Notes: generated from the sequence alone by a model not told the origin. 64,000 bases of DNA from Basidiobolus meristosporus CBS 931.73 (GCA_002104905.1 MCFE01000142.1:1-64000); one strand, 5' to 3'; counted from the first letter of the stretch, positions 40,525-54,400 are shown. Program-made: numbers and translations.

Positions 40525-42560
40525 CACTTAGTTTTTGGGCATTTATACATGCAATACCCATAATACAAAGCTAAATTTGCATTGGTGCAGACTGAACCTA
40601 TGTGCAGCACCTGTATGAGTTTCAGAAGATCTAATGGGCTATTTCAAAAGTTACATACAATCAAAGTCCCTATAATAAGCCTAGCAATAGAGGCTTAAGA
40701 TATACAATTATTGTATTATTTTGATCATAACTCCTTAGCTACTGCTTCAAATAGGCTGCAATTTGAAGCATGTGTTGGCTACAAAGTATTTCACATGACA
40801 TAGTATTTGTGGGGGAGCTGTATGTTAGGGTCTCCATCTCTGGTCTTTCAAAGGTGGAAATTCTTGAATGTTCATTTCTGTGTTACAGTAGCAAAAGACA
40901 AAATAAAGAGTGGAGTGCAATACTAGTATGAGATACTATAATAATGAGATACTTTCTGTCACCACAGGACTCCCCTAACATTGAGAAATAATGCCCTCAT
41001 TATTACCTCTGATATGGAACTGCTTCAACTTGCTACCAGGTTGTGCAAGTGTAAGTAGTGTACTGACAAGTTCTGCTAGTTTTTAAGATCCATTTTTGTA
41101 TGCATATATTATCTTATGGGGACCTTGCCATTGCATACCCAGCTTGGATGCCTTGTTGCTTTGGCTGTTAGTATTGTGAAGTAGTATTAATTGACCTACT
41201 TCTAGGGGAGTTATCTTAGACATCTATAAAACCTCAAGGTACTCCTTGTTGGCCATTCAAAATTACTTCAGGTTTGTTGTTAATTTCTCTAAAAGAGTGT
41301 GTTCTTGTTGCATCTGCCATATTCTTGTTAGCAAGAGCTCTGCTGTTGTAATGGCATGTATCTATGGGAGGGTAAGACAATTTTGAAGCAATTAGTCCAC
41401 TAGCAAAGCAGGCTTATGCCTATATATTGAAGAAATGAAGAATAACCTTTGCTTCTTTTGACTAAATTTCTATAAGCCCATATTGCTGCATTAAAGTTAT
41501 TGACCCACTTGTGGTGTACTTTGCTAAGCTTTGCTAATTTGTTGGAAAAAGCACAATGCCCTCACTCAACTGGTGCATTTGCTTTTGGGTAACATGGTGC
41601 TGCATAGATCAGCTTGCTGCCATGCTTCATTTCTAGCACTTGTATTTCATAAGATCCAAAGTTGCCATTGTCACTTTAAAAAATCTTGCTGCTGCTCTTG
41701 CATTGGCTTGTTTTGGCATTGTTGTCTCTATCAAGCTAGTAAAGTTTTCACAATATCCTACTCTATGCTTATACCCTGGTATTGCCTTTTGTAAATGTAA
41801 AATACCTACATGTACAATTTGCCAAGCATAAAATGTGTGTATATTGTAAAGTGGTTTAAGTATGTTTTGGCTGTCTCTTCCTTGAATTGGTATACACAAT
41901 TACACCTATTCTTCAATGTTGCTGTATAGTATTGGCTAAAAATACAGTAGGAGATTTTTGAATATTTTGATGTGACTTACTTATGACCTTCAGATTCTGG
42001 TTCATGCAATCTTTGCATGATCTTTTCTTGATCATGCTTTTATGTCTATACTCCCAATGAACTCCATATTGGCATTCTCAGAGAAGTGTGCTATCATGCA
42101 GTATAAATTTTACAATTTCTGTTTACATTTGTGAATTGATTTGTGAGAACATAGGCAAGACTTTCAGACTTGTTCTTTTAGATAATACCATATAGTCCCA
42201 GCCTGTTTAAGGTGCCAGATCACTCCAGCATTGTATGGCCTCTATGAAAAGCTATTATAATGATACATCAAAAGGCTGTTGCAAGTTCTAAGTCCCATGA
42301 CTAAGAGGTATTGATTCCATCAGGACACTGTGCAAAGACCATTGTAAAATAATTTCACCCCAGATAGTATAAAAAACTTGGTCAAACTATTTCACCACAA
42401 TAATACCCTGTGAGACATAATTTGGTCCTACAGGTGGATTAAATCTGGATCAGCCATCAGTGTCTGGTCTGAAGACCATTATGATACCAGCAGCTTAGAA
42501 TAAGTAACCCTTTTGACTATTCTAATGATAGGATCACAATGGTATTTTGCTAATATTACT
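40525..42560 (-). mobile_element. Ty3/gypsy pol remnant (RNase H/integrase) with PPT and partial 3' LTR of family X (40525-40966)
   Basis: Minus frames: WQIVHVGILHL..GYKHRVGYCENFT, DNG.....YPKANAPVE*GH, AAIWAYR, SKLGMQWQGPHKI (GPY/F). Purine tract TTAGGGGAGTCC lies just before LTR start TGTGG. Confidence 0.75.
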
Positions 42561-42599
42561 GCTAAATAAAGTTATAAACTTGATGGGGTTTAATTGGTG

Positions 42600-43289
42600 C
42601 TGTGAAAATAATTGCATGGCATTGTTGCAGTCTTAAAGCACTCTACAACTATTTTGAATGGATCTAACTGGCCAGTTCATTCCATTGCCTTACATAACAA
42701 GAAACTTGACTGTATTTTGATGGGCTCATTGCAAGTCTCTATGGCATTATTATGGCACTATGGTGGCCTACAGCTAGTTCTGCATAATGTTACTGTACCA
42801 ATTTACCAAATGGAATTTCCTTTTTCTACGTCCCCTTGTGCAACTCATATATTGCACTGTGGAGTCACCCCCCTTTACTTGATTACCCACTACTACCTTG
42901 GGTATTTTACAAATAGCTTGAATCAAAAAAAAATATGGCCTCTTGTTTACTAACCTCTACAAACACACACACCTGCCACAATTGACATACTTATATCACC
43001 TCAACTTTATGGCTTATTAGTGTGATACTTGCAAAGTTGCATTTACCTTGTACTGCTGGTAACATATACATCTTGTAAACATATGCTTGGTTGCTGCCAC
43101 TTCTGCCATGGACACCTCCTGAATATCTGCAAGGAACTTTTGAATACTTAGCCAATATATTCCTTCTTCCTGCTGGATTCTAGTCCCCCTTATAGGTGCA
43201 CTCTGGCACTTGTTTGTGTGAATTATGGAATGAATGGTGTAGCAGTTAGCTTGCAACCAAGAGAAATCTGGAATATCTTGGTAGAGTTT
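42600..43289 (-). mobile_element. Second decayed copy of the 35100-35750 CACTA-associated segment
   Basis: Direct nucleotide similarity, e.g. TGCAAACATATGCTTGGTTG / TGTAAACATATGCTTGGTTG. Confidence 0.65.
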
Positions 43290-43462
43290 AGACTTGATCC
43301 ATTGGATAGTGCCACATATTGCCAGCCTGTTTATAGTGCCGGATTGATTTAGCACTATCTGGCACTATAGTTTCTACTATCATGCCAGTGGTATGTTATA
43401 GTTACTGGTAATTTTACTCAATCTTACTTATGTTGCTCAGAGTAGTGCTTTCCTTGCTTTGT

Positions 43463-44401
43463 TTACTCTTCATAATGCTCCAGACACACTTCTCTCAGTG
43501 GATGTGTTCTTGTATGAATATACTGTGCATTGATAAGTGTCTTAACTATTTTACCTATTCTGCAGTTTTCTCCTATATATGACTTTCCTCTGTATTTACC
43601 TGCCAATATGCTGAATCTCTTCAGATGTCCAAAGGTATGCTCTACCCTCACTCTGGAATGATTAAATATCTCATTGTAGAGCTTCTGCTTCCTGCTAAGC
43701 ACACCATTCCTTGGCTTCCTATAAGCTGTAATACATCCTAATCTCTGACAATCCTCTCCTATATAAGCTAAGTCGGCCATACATTTCTCCCCTCTACTGG
43801 ATTTTGGATGATTCTCTACCCAGAGTGCTTTGTCATGCCTACTTCCAGCAAATGGCCCACTAAACCAGATGATGTTACCCTCAATGTCAGACAGTGCTTG
43901 AAACTTCACACAGTGTGCCTTGTACTTGCCAGAATAATAGTGCCTCTACCCTCTAGAAGGTCTCTCAATCCTAACTGGGAAGGTATCCAAAATACTTCTT
44001 ATATGGAACCTGTTGCTGAACCCTCTGGGATATGGAAGTCTATTGGAGCTTCTAAACCTAGTACTCAAAGCTTGCTCGAAGTCATTCATACCCTCTGCAA
44101 GGTGGTTCTCCATTGCTCTCAGCTGGGAATGAAAGCTTCTAGGACTTTTGTTGCCATGGATGGTGGGATGAAACCTTGTAGGGCAATAGTTCTTGTAATA
44201 GCAGAGAAGCTTAAAAAGGGATCTCCTTGAGTAGATTGGGGTAGATGGACCACAGTACTTGGTATAGATCTCCTCTAGCGTGTCAAAAGGAAATTCAGTG
44301 GTAGTGATGGAATTAATGAGAAACAACCATTCAGATGCGTAAATCATATTAAAATTGATGAGGATTGGGCTGAGATGATTTGATTTGATTTGATTTGGCA
44401 C
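43463..44401 (-). pseudogene. DDE_Tnp_4-type transposase, one in-frame TAG
   Basis: SILDTFPVRIERP, YSGKYKAHCVKFQ, GSRHD, ADLAYIG, RVRVEHTFGHLKRF. The stop at 43947-43949 is CAG in copy 2. Confidence 0.88.
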
Positions 44402-44667
44402 AATCAGCTTTATTTATCTGATTTTCCATGCATTATGATTAAATCTCCATCAATTGCCATGTATCCCATCATTATGTTGCAAAAATCATCCTCAAACAAT
44501 GACTGGGTACTTTTATTGATGTTTTACTCACAAGTCTATAATTAAATAGGAAATCTGCAATTGATGTGATCTGATCCGTGTCAACTCAATCCAAGATGCA
44601 TCATGCATAATATACGGAAAATTCAACAATCACATTAGTTTTCATATATATTTCATATAAGACCAGG

Positions 44668-47600
44668 TTGATGCCAATACACCAGTGTATAAGTATCCAA
44701 ATCCATCACTATGGTCCCTGTGCCAAGTCTCAACTCATTGTTAGTTCAACCCAGACAAACCCATCTCCCCGCTCACAAGTGCGGTCCAGACTGGAAAAGG
44801 CTATGTCAGATCTGTTCAAGTTCTTGGCACATGATTTCAGTATGGCCCAAGTATCTATGATGAGCCTTCATACAGATATTTGGGCACTGCTCATCAATCT
44901 AGCAGAACTAGATACCCTGGAGAGTCAACAGATATGGAAGAACCTGAGTAGAAAGCTGTGGCGTGAGTTTTACATCAAGATGCCAGCAGATGTATGCAGG
45001 AAGATATATAACAAAACATGTATTGAAATCAAGAATGAGCTGCAAGTGAGGGGATTTGATGAGGAAGCCGTGTGGTGTAGTGAGGTGACAGTGACACCCA
45101 CTAACAGATGAGCTCATTCCAATATTTTCTACTTCCCTATATCTCAACTACATTTTTTCTAGTTTTATCCAATTTGTCTTACCTGATCAGTACTATCCCA
45201 TAAGCTGGTTGACTATCACACCTGCTTAACTTATTGCATAAGTTATCCCTCACTTTATGTAAGATTACTAGCTGTAAGTGCTTCTATATTAGGCAAGTAC
45301 CTGCGCCAGTTCCTGTGACACATGGTCAACCCGTGTCACCAACCCTACCATTTCCACACCATATATGGAATCCCTATGTTACACAGGTTTCAGAATACTA
45401 ATTCTTGATTGGTTGGATGTGCTGTGCCTCTCAGAACCTTCCGGCACCTACTTAGTATATTGTTATGTCATTAAGATTTCTATTGATATCTGGAACCTTC
45501 TGGAACACCCTGGTTAGTAATCACTTAGCCAGTAAGAAAAGTATACAAGGGATGCTATCCCTCAACAATAAATCATCATCCCTTTTATCAATATACTGAC
45601 TTGTTGATTAGTGTGATCACTGCTATCTGCTACCTGAACTTCCAACTCCAGACCACAGGACACTCCCAGGAAACCACGCTGACAGCCTACTGACCTTGGA
45701 GGCACTACTTGTGCGGAATACTCAGACTAGGTATCTTTTATTATATTTGATTCTTTCCCAAGTTTGTTCTTGTACAGGCAAAGATACTTTTCTGTCTTTC
45801 TAACTATTGACCACAGCTGTATTCTTATCAAGTCCCTGCTGGTGGAGCTTACAGTTGTTGTGACTTTGGAAGCTTTAGTACATAGTCATCTCAAAGGACG
45901 CTGAAGCCAGCAAATACTTTTGTTAGGATGCCAACTAAGTTGGGGATTGTAGCTCAATAGTTTTCCCTTGATAGGCTTGTAGCTTTATTCCCCTTCACAT
46001 TAGATTAGAGACAGAACCCAAGTATTCCTAGCAAGCTTTTGCCAGAGGTTATTGCACCCAGTGAGCACTCCACACACCAGACACTTGAGTAGTGTTGGAT
46101 GTATCTCTCCCTTGGACCTATACACCACCACAGCGGGAACAATTTTGCGTGCAATTTCCACAGTACAGGTTGGACGCAACTGTTTGTGCCTTGACTTTGG
46201 GAACCAAAGAGATTTTGAATGAGTTTTTGCCTCAAATGACTAATGTATTACATGATATATTAGTAGAGCTAAGTGGCTTCCAAGAGCAATATACACAGGA
46301 CTCATCCAGGCAACAGTTGCAAAGTATTAGAAAGAGGGTAAGTGAATACCTTGAGGAATCAGAAGGTGAGCTTCAAGAGGAGGAATACAGACTGCAAGCA
46401 ACATCATCTAGATTGCGCCAGCATGCCTTGCTGGATTCCTTACCATCCCTTGCAACTTCAGTGTGCTGGCACACGTCAGCCCAAACTACACCAACACCCT
46501 TCACAAGAGCACCCTGCATTGACTCAATGTGTATTGGGTCAGCATGCAAAAAGGCAATGTTGGATCTGTTCAAGCTCCTGGCAAATGATTTCAGCATGGC
46601 CCAAGTGTCTATGATGAGCCCTCATACAGATATTTGGGCACTGCTCATTAATCTAGCAGAACTAGATACCTCAGAGAGTCAACAGAGATGGAAGAACCTG
46701 AGTAGAAAGCTGTGGCATGGGTTCTACATCAAGATGCCAGGGGATGAATGTAAGAAGATATATAATAAGACAAGTATTGAAATCAAGAATGAGCTGAGAG
46801 TGAAGGGATTTGATGAGGAAGCCACATGGGAACAATATTGTGCGCAATTGGCACAGTATAGACCAGACACATCTGTTTGTGCCTTGACTTTGGGAACCAC
46901 AGAGATTTTGAATGAGTTTTTGCCTCCAATGACTAATGTATTACATGATATATTAGTAGAACTAAGTGGCTTCCAAGCGCAATATATACAGGACTCATCC
47001 AGGCAACAGTTGCAAAGTAGTAGACAGAGGGTAAGTGAATACCTTAAGGAATCAGTAGGTGAGCTTCAAGAGGAAGAATACCAACCATGAGCAACATTGT
47101 CTAGATTGCACCAGCACACCTTGCTGGATTCCTTACCATCCCTTGCAACTTCTGTGTGCTGGCGCACGTCAGTCCAAACTACACCAACACCCTTCACAAG
47201 AGCACCCTGCATTGACTCAATGTGTATTGGGTCAGCATGCAAAAAGGCAATGTTGGATCTGTTCAAGTTCCTGGCAAATGATTTCAGCATGGCCCAAGTG
47301 TCTATGATGAGCCCTCATACAGATATTTGGGCACTGCTCATTAATCTAGCAGAACTAGATACCTCAGAGAGTCAACAGAGATGAAAGAACCTGAGTAGAA
47401 AGCTGTGGCATGGGTTCTACATCAAGATGCCAGGGGATGAATGTAAGAAGATATATATATAAGACAAGTATTGAAATCAAGAATGAGCTGAGAGTGAAGG
47501 GATTTGATGAGGAAGCCACATGGGAACAATATTGTGCGCAATTGGCACAGTATAGACCAGACACATCTGTTTGTGCCTTGACTTTGGGAACCACAGAGAT

Positions 47601-48405
47601 TTTGAATGAGTTTTTGCCTCCAATGACTAATGTATTACATGATATATTAGTAGAACTAAGTGGCTTCCAAGCGCAATATATACAGGACTCATCCAGGCAA
47701 CAGTTGCAAAGTAGTAGACAGAGGGTAAGTGAATACCTTAAGGAATCAGTAGGTGAGCTTCAAGAGGAAGAATACCAACCATGAGCAACATTGTCTAGAT
47801 TGCACCAGCACACCTTGCTGAATTCCTTACCATCCCTTGCAACTTCAGCATGCCAGCGCAGGTCAGTCCAAACTATGCCAACACCCTTGACAAGAGCACC
47901 CCACATTGACTCAATGTGTATCAGACCAATGTGCATGCTTCAGAGCAAAACCATAAGAACCCACCAAACTGCTCAAAAAGACACAAGTCCATCGGAGTGG
48001 GCCAAGTTGCGTCAACAAGCAGCATCACATCAAACTCAGCCAAGGGCCATGCCAGTACATCAAGTTGTGTCAGTGCATGCCATTACACCTGGCCATCAGC
48101 AAGTTTCTTCTAGTGAACTGACAGTTGATGACCCACATGAAGTGCCTCCACCACCAGAGCCTTTGGCAAGTAATAGAACGTGTCAGCACGTAGCACTGCA
48201 GGCCAGTTCAGTTGCGTCATCCGGAGCAATTCAGCATGGCCAAGCTGTAGCATTGCACTCATCAACTAGGAGGCAAGATACTGACTACAAATACACAAGT
48301 AGCCAAGAGGATAGTCAACAAGAAAGTAGTTTAGGTGTGCAAAGTGAATCACTACCAAATGCTTCAGTAGTAATCCCTGAGAGAAAAAAGCCAAGGAGAA
48401 GATGA
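44668..48405 (+). pseudogene. PHIS ORF2 (possible Myb/MADF-like helix), split by a solo LTR and tandemly triplicated (~693-bp unit)
   Basis: Homologous to 53179-54400. The ESQQRWKNLSRKLW motif is repeated three times; repeat period measured as 692-694 bp. Confidence 0.75.
45076..46132 (+). mobile_element. Solo LTR, gypsy family Y, copy 1
   Basis: TGTAGTG...CACCACA; flanks GTGG/GCGG (4-bp TSD with one CpG transition); removal restores ORF2. Confidence 0.92.
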
Positions 48406-49159
48406 TGCAATCACATTGAATTACTATTATTTGTAATTATCCAAACAACGCATTTTTTTTGCAATCCGCATTGAGCCATTGCAAATCAGTGATCACTAAA
48501 TTTTTGATATAGCAATAATAAGGTTGTCTCACATTTAAGACAGGACCCATTAAATAAACACCCTGCATGTGTATACATCATCTGTGGCACTAGTGCAGCC
48601 ATTTGATCTGATTTGCACCCACTCAATTGGTTGCATTCTAGCTATGACACCTTGTCCAATCACTAGGATCAGGCATTTACTTGCCTAATGGGCAAAATGG
48701 GATATTTGATGGCAAATCAGGTAGCTTGTGAATTGGTCAAAGAGCCAATTAGGGGCTGAAAACTTCAAGATACTTTTGGGCCAATTAACCACTGAGATAC
48801 CATCCAATTGGAGTGATGATAGCCAATATGGGTAGTATCAGTGTAGTTTATTGTGTGACACACATTTATTTTCACTTACATTAAAGAAACATATCCAAAT
48901 ACCGGATTTTACCTACCATAATAGTGGTATTCAATTGCACACATGATGCAAACATTACAAGTGGGTGCAATCATTTGCGCCAGCCTCATAGTATCAGATT
49001 GTGCCATAGTGTACAAGAATGTCCCACATGGTGCAAAATTGTCCAAGAGTGATCCTGCCTACTAGTAGCTACAATATTGCGCCCAATTGTTCTTAGAGAC
49101 CGCAGATTGCTCTGCACACCCTGGCATGGTACAATGAAACAAGTCTATAGTGCAATGTC

Positions 49160-49480
49160 TAATCTTCAGTCCTGGACTCTACAGCTGAAACAAGGCCCTA
49201 AAACCTGTCTGTCAGTGTATTCAGGATGGTTACTGTCACATCCTCATCAGCAATTGATATGCTCACAGGTTCAATCTCATCTACCAGCATGGTAATTCTG
49301 TTAATCACATCTTTTGTTTCCTCTCCTTGGAGCTATTTTGTAGTAGAGAACTTTGAGTACAATGCATTTTCTTGGCAGCTGAGCATGACAGGTAGATGTC
49401 TTACAATGCCTATCAAGAATTCTTTGCTGCTTTTACACTTGAGGAAAGAATTAGCAATTTGACTTTGATATTGAGGCAAA
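49160..49480 (-). mobile_element. Ty1/copia gag (UBN2-like) fragment
   Basis: LYSKFSTTK*LQGEETKDVINRITMLVDEI....IADEDVTVTILNTLTDRF*GLVSAVES. Confidence 0.6.
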
Positions 49481-49679
49481 TGCAGCAAAAGGTGCTTTGT
49501 GCTGAAATATTGGGCTATTTGGTATCATTCAGCAGCTAAAAAGTTACTTAAAACTTCTATACTAGTCTTGATTACTGTAGGACTTATTTGAAGCCCCAAA
49601 TTTGCCAGCTTCTGCACATCTATGATCCTATGATTATTCCCTATAGTTAGCATCAAATTAACACTATTGATCAAATAAT

Positions 49680-50413
49680 AGACTTGTTCCGTTGGATAGT
49701 GCCACATTGAGCCATGAGTGCCAAATGATGCCGTAGTGTGCCAGAGAGGCCAAGTGAGCCTTTACCTGGCCACAGAGTGTGAAACCTAGCTCTTCATCTT
49801 CAGGCAAAGCAGCCCCTGTGTTTCACCCATTGTGTTGGAGAAAATCCATTTTTTGACCTTTTTTTGTGGATCAATATAGCTCAGGATGTGTAAGAGCACA
49901 GGAGAACTGAAGATATGCATCTGGTACTCAATACCTATGACACTCTGAATCTAGCTTCTGTAGCTTGTATCATGTCACAAAAATGAATGGCACTATCTTG
50001 GTCCACTGGTACTATCTGGCACTATATTTAAATATTAGCCTTAAAGTAAGACCTATACAAAGGACTTATAGTGCCATATAGTACCAGTGGACCAAGATAG
50101 TGCCGTACACTTATGTGACATGTTACAAGCCACAGGAGCTAGATTCAGAGTGCCATGGGTATTGGGTACCAGATGTATATCTTCAATCTGCATGTGCTCT
50201 TGCACATCCTGCACAACATTGATCCAAAAAAAATGGTCAAAAAATGGATTTTCTCCTGTGCAATGGGTGAAACACAAGGGCTGCTTTGCATGAAGATACA
50301 GAGCTATGTTTCACACTCTGTGGCCAAGTAAAGGCTCACTTGGCCTCTCTGGCACACTATGGCATCATTTGGCACTCATGGCTCAATGTGGCACTATCCA
50401 ACGGAACAAGTCT
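49680..50413. mobile_element. Foldback MITE of the PHIS family (734 bp near-perfect palindrome)
   Basis: Both ends are AGACTTGTTCCGTTGGATAGTGCCACAT; arms complementary over ~340 bp; flanks AAT/ATT. Confidence 0.92.
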
Positions 50414-50561
50414 ATTATGTACTAACCCTGAAACTGTTACAGAATGCTCCTGAATGTTAAGAAACCCTCCTTACTTAGTGTAACAGCTGTATTACTTTGA
50501 CAAAGGTATGAATACTGATCCTCTTAGGAATAAACTACAGTTCAACCATCATGACTATATA

Positions 50562-51752
50562 TGTTGTGTTGTATTATGACTTGTTTGGGGCTTGTTCTAC
50601 AATGTCAAGGCTGATCAACAATATACAACAACTTCCAGTATGGTAATACTGAAATAGTTTATTGGGAGTTTGATATACCAATAGAAGATATACCTTTCAC
50701 TAATATCCTCCATCTTAGGCTCAAAATATATTATAGGCAGTGTTTCTCACTTCTACAGCAATGTTCTGACCTTCTGTCAACTAATGGGCTTATGTACTTT
50801 TAAAGTGACTTTTCCTTATTTAAAAGTCACTTTCTTTTCTGAGAAAATATCTCCTAATATCGAGACTCTGAACTTCCCTTTAATGTAAAGGGGTGTGTTG
50901 TAGAAGTCTCTAAAGGGGTCTTTAGACCCAAAGGGGTGTCTAAAGGGATGTCATTAGAGTTAAGGGGCTTCATGTAGTGGTCTCTAAAGTGGACTTTACA
51001 CTAAATGGGTGCCTAAAGGGGTTTCTTAACGGGGTCTCTGAAGGGGTCTTTAGACTAAATGGGTGTCTAAAGGGGTGTCTTTAGAGTAAAGAGGCTTCTC
51101 AGAGGTGATTTTTCTAATAGAAAGTGGTAGCTTCTTGTAGAACATAGATTGGATTCTTGTGAGCTTTCAGTTTCTTTACTGATGTAGTACCAATCAAAGT
51201 CAGAATACTCAACAGTGCAAGCAATGCAGGGGAAGACTTATAACCTTTAGAATTGTAATTGTAGTGTGGAGATTCTGGACAGAGAGGTTCCCTTTTTTTT
51301 TTCAGCTGGGGAAGTCATATATGGAAAATCTAAAGGATCAAAGTTTTTGGGCAATTGCACAAGCAATATACATGATACAAAGCACATATTTCACAGTGGT
51401 GCAGATCAGACATAGGCCCAGCAACTGTGAGGTTTTCACATGATTTGCTTGGCTGATTTAAAAGTTACAGATAATCAAAGTCACCATAGTAATCCTAGCA
51501 ATAGAGGCCTAATATATAAAATAATTGGACTCTGTTGGTTGTAACTCCTTAGGTACTGCTTCAAATGTGCTGTAATTTGAAACATGTGTTGGCTACTGTG
51601 TGTTCTATATGACATAATATTGTTGGGTGGATTGCTGGTCAGGGTCTGGAGTATTTATCCATCAAAGTTGGAATTCCCTGATCTTGCTCTTGTGTGTTAC
51701 AGTAGCAAAAAGCAAAATAAAGAAATGAGTGCAATATTGGTTTTGAGATATT
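50562..51752 (-). mobile_element. LTR family X copy B; its last ~30 bp are displaced to 62352-62383 by the PHIS copy 2 insertion
   Basis: Starts TGTTGTG. Continuation ATTGTAGTAATGGAATACTTTCCATTACCACA at 62352 matches copy C. Outer flanks TATA/TATC. Confidence 0.85.
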
Positions 51753-51967
51753 AGATTTGTTCCATTGGATAGTGCCACATAGTGCCAGCCTGTTTATGGT
51801 GCCCAATCAATCTGGCACTCTATGGCACCATCTGGCACTATAATTTCTACCATGATGTCAGTGGTATGATACAGTTACTGGTAATTTTACTCAATCTTAT
51901 TTATGTTGCTCAGAATAGTGTTTTACTTGCTTTATTTACTCTTCATAATGCTCCAGACACATTTCTC

Positions 51968-52900
51968 TCAGTGGATGTCTTCTTTTATGAGCATACTGTG
52001 CATTAATAAGTATCTAACTATTTTACCTATTCTGCTGCTTTCTCCCATATATGACGTTCCTCTGTATTTACCTGCTAATATGCTGGATCTCTTCAGAGAT
52101 CCAAATGTGTGCTCTACCCTCACTCTGGAATGATTAAATATCTCATTGTAGAGCTTCTGCTTCCTGCTAAGCACACCATTCCTTGGCTTCCTATAAGCTG
52201 TAATACATCCTAATCTCTGACAATCCTCTCCTATATAAGCTACATCTGCCGTACATTTCTCCCTTCTACTAAATTCAAGATGATTCTCTACCCTGAGTGC
52301 TTTGTCATGCCTACTTCCAGCAAATGGCCCACTAAACCAGCTGATGTTACCCTCAATGTCAGAGAGTGCTTGAAACTTCACACAGTGTGCCTTGTACTTG
52401 CCAGAATAAAAGTGCCTCTGCCCACTAGAAGGTCTATTAATCCTCACTGGGAAGGTATCCAAAATACTCCTTTTATGGAACCTGTTGCTGAACACTCTTG
52501 GATATGGAAGTCTATTGGAACTTCTGAACCTAATATTCCAAGCTTGCTCCAAGTCATTCATACACTCTGCAAGGTAGTTCTCCATTGCTGTCAGCTGTGA
52601 ATGAAAGCTTCTAGGACTTTTGTTGCCATGGATGGTGGGATGAAACCTTTTGGGGCAATAGTTCTTCTAATAGCAGAGAAGCTTTACAAAGGATCTCCTT
52701 GATTAGATTGGGGTTGATGGTCCAGAGTACTTGGAATAGATCTCCTCTAGTGTGTCAAAAGAAAATCCAGTGGTAGTGGTGGGATTGATGAGAAAAGACC
52801 ATTCAGATGAGTAATTCATATTAAAGTTGGTGGATGATTGTGTGGAGGTGGTTTGAGTCAATTTGGCGCAATCTGCATTATTTATCAGATATTTAATGCA
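51968..52900 (-). pseudogene. DDE_Tnp_4-type transposase of PHIS copy 2
   Basis: SILDTFPVRINRP, YSGKYKAH, ADVAYIG, RVRVEHTFG.LKR; N-terminal part disrupted. Confidence 0.85.
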
Positions 52901-53178
52901 TTATGATTAAATCTCCATCAATTGCCATGTATCCCATCATTATGTTGCAAATATCATCTGCAAACAATGCCTTGGTACTTTTATTGATGCTTTACTCATA
53001 GGTCTATATTCAAATAGGAAATCTGCAATTGATGTGATCTGATCCATGTCAATGCAATCTGAGATGCATCAGGTATAATATATGGAAAATTCAACAATCA
53101 CATTAGTTTTCATATATATTTCATATAAGACCAGGTTGATGTCAATATACTGCTGTATAAGTATCCAAATCTGTTGCT

Positions 53179-54400
53179 ATGGTCCCCATACCAAGTCTCA
53201 ACTCATCTTTAGTACAACCCAGACGAAACACATCCCCTAGCTCACAAGCGCAGTCTGGACCAGAAAAGTCAATGTTGGATCCATTTGAGTTCTTGCCAAA
53301 TGATTTTAGTATGGCCCAAGTGTCTATGATGAGCATTCATACAGATATTCGGGCACTACTAATTAATTTAGCAGAACTAAATACCTCAGAGAGTCTACAA
53401 AGATGGAAGAATTTGAGTAGAAAGCTGTGGCATGAGTTCTGCATCAAGATGCCAGCCAATGTATGTAAGGAGATATATAACAAGACAAGTATTGAAATCA
53501 AGAATGAGCTGACAGTGAGGGGATTTGATGAAGAAGCCGCGCAGGAACAATTTTGCACTCAATTTGCACAGTACGGGCCGGATGCATCCGTTTGTGCCTC
53601 AACTTTGGGAACCAAAGAGATTTTGAATGAGTTTTTGCCTCAAATGACTAATGTACTGCGTGATATATTAGTAGAGCTAAGTGGCTTCCGAGAGCAATAT
53701 ACACAGGACTCATCCAGGCAACAGCTCCAAAGTATCAGACAGAGGGTAAGTGAACACCTTGAGGAATCAGATGATGAGCTTCAGGAGGAAGAATACAGAC
53801 CGCTAGCAACATTGTCCAGATTGCGCCAGCACGCCTCACTGGATTCCTTACCATCTCTTGCAACCACAATGCGCTGACACATATCAGTCCAGACTATGCC
53901 AACACCCTTTACCAGAGCACCCCACGTCAAGTCAATGCACATTGGGTCAATGTGCACGCTTCAGAGCAAAGCTACCAGAACTTGCCAAACTGCTCACTTA
54001 GAAACAAGTCCTTTGGAGCGGACCAAGTTGCGTCAACATGCAGCATCACATCAAACTCAGCCAAGGGCCATCTCAACGTGTCAAGGCGTGCCTGTGTGTG
54101 CCATTTTTCCTGACCATCAGCAAGTTACTTCTGGTGAACTGACTGATGATGACCAACATGAAGTGCCTCAACCACCAGAGCCCTTGGCAAGTAAAAGAAC
54201 ACATCAGCACATGGCATTCCAGGCCAGTTCAGTTGGTTCAGTTGGAGCAATTCAGTGCGGCCAAGCTGCAGCATCGCACTAATCAACTAGGAGGCAAAAT
54301 ACTGACTGCAAATACACAAGTAGCCAAGATGATAGTCAGCCAGGAAGTAGTATAGGTGTGCAAAGTGAGTCACTACCAAATGCTTCAGTAGTAATCCCTG
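53179..54400 (+). pseudogene. PHIS copy 2 ORF2 (232-aa frame, premature stop, low-complexity tail)
   Basis: Colinear with ORF2 units of copy 1. Confidence 0.7.

Larger units (their letters stand above)
43290..49146. mobile_element. PHIS-superfamily (ISL2EU/Harbinger-related) DNA transposon copy 1 with divergent transposase and ORF2
   Basis: TIRs AGACTTG(A/T)T(C/T)CATTG at both ends; colinear with copy 2. Confidence 0.85.
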
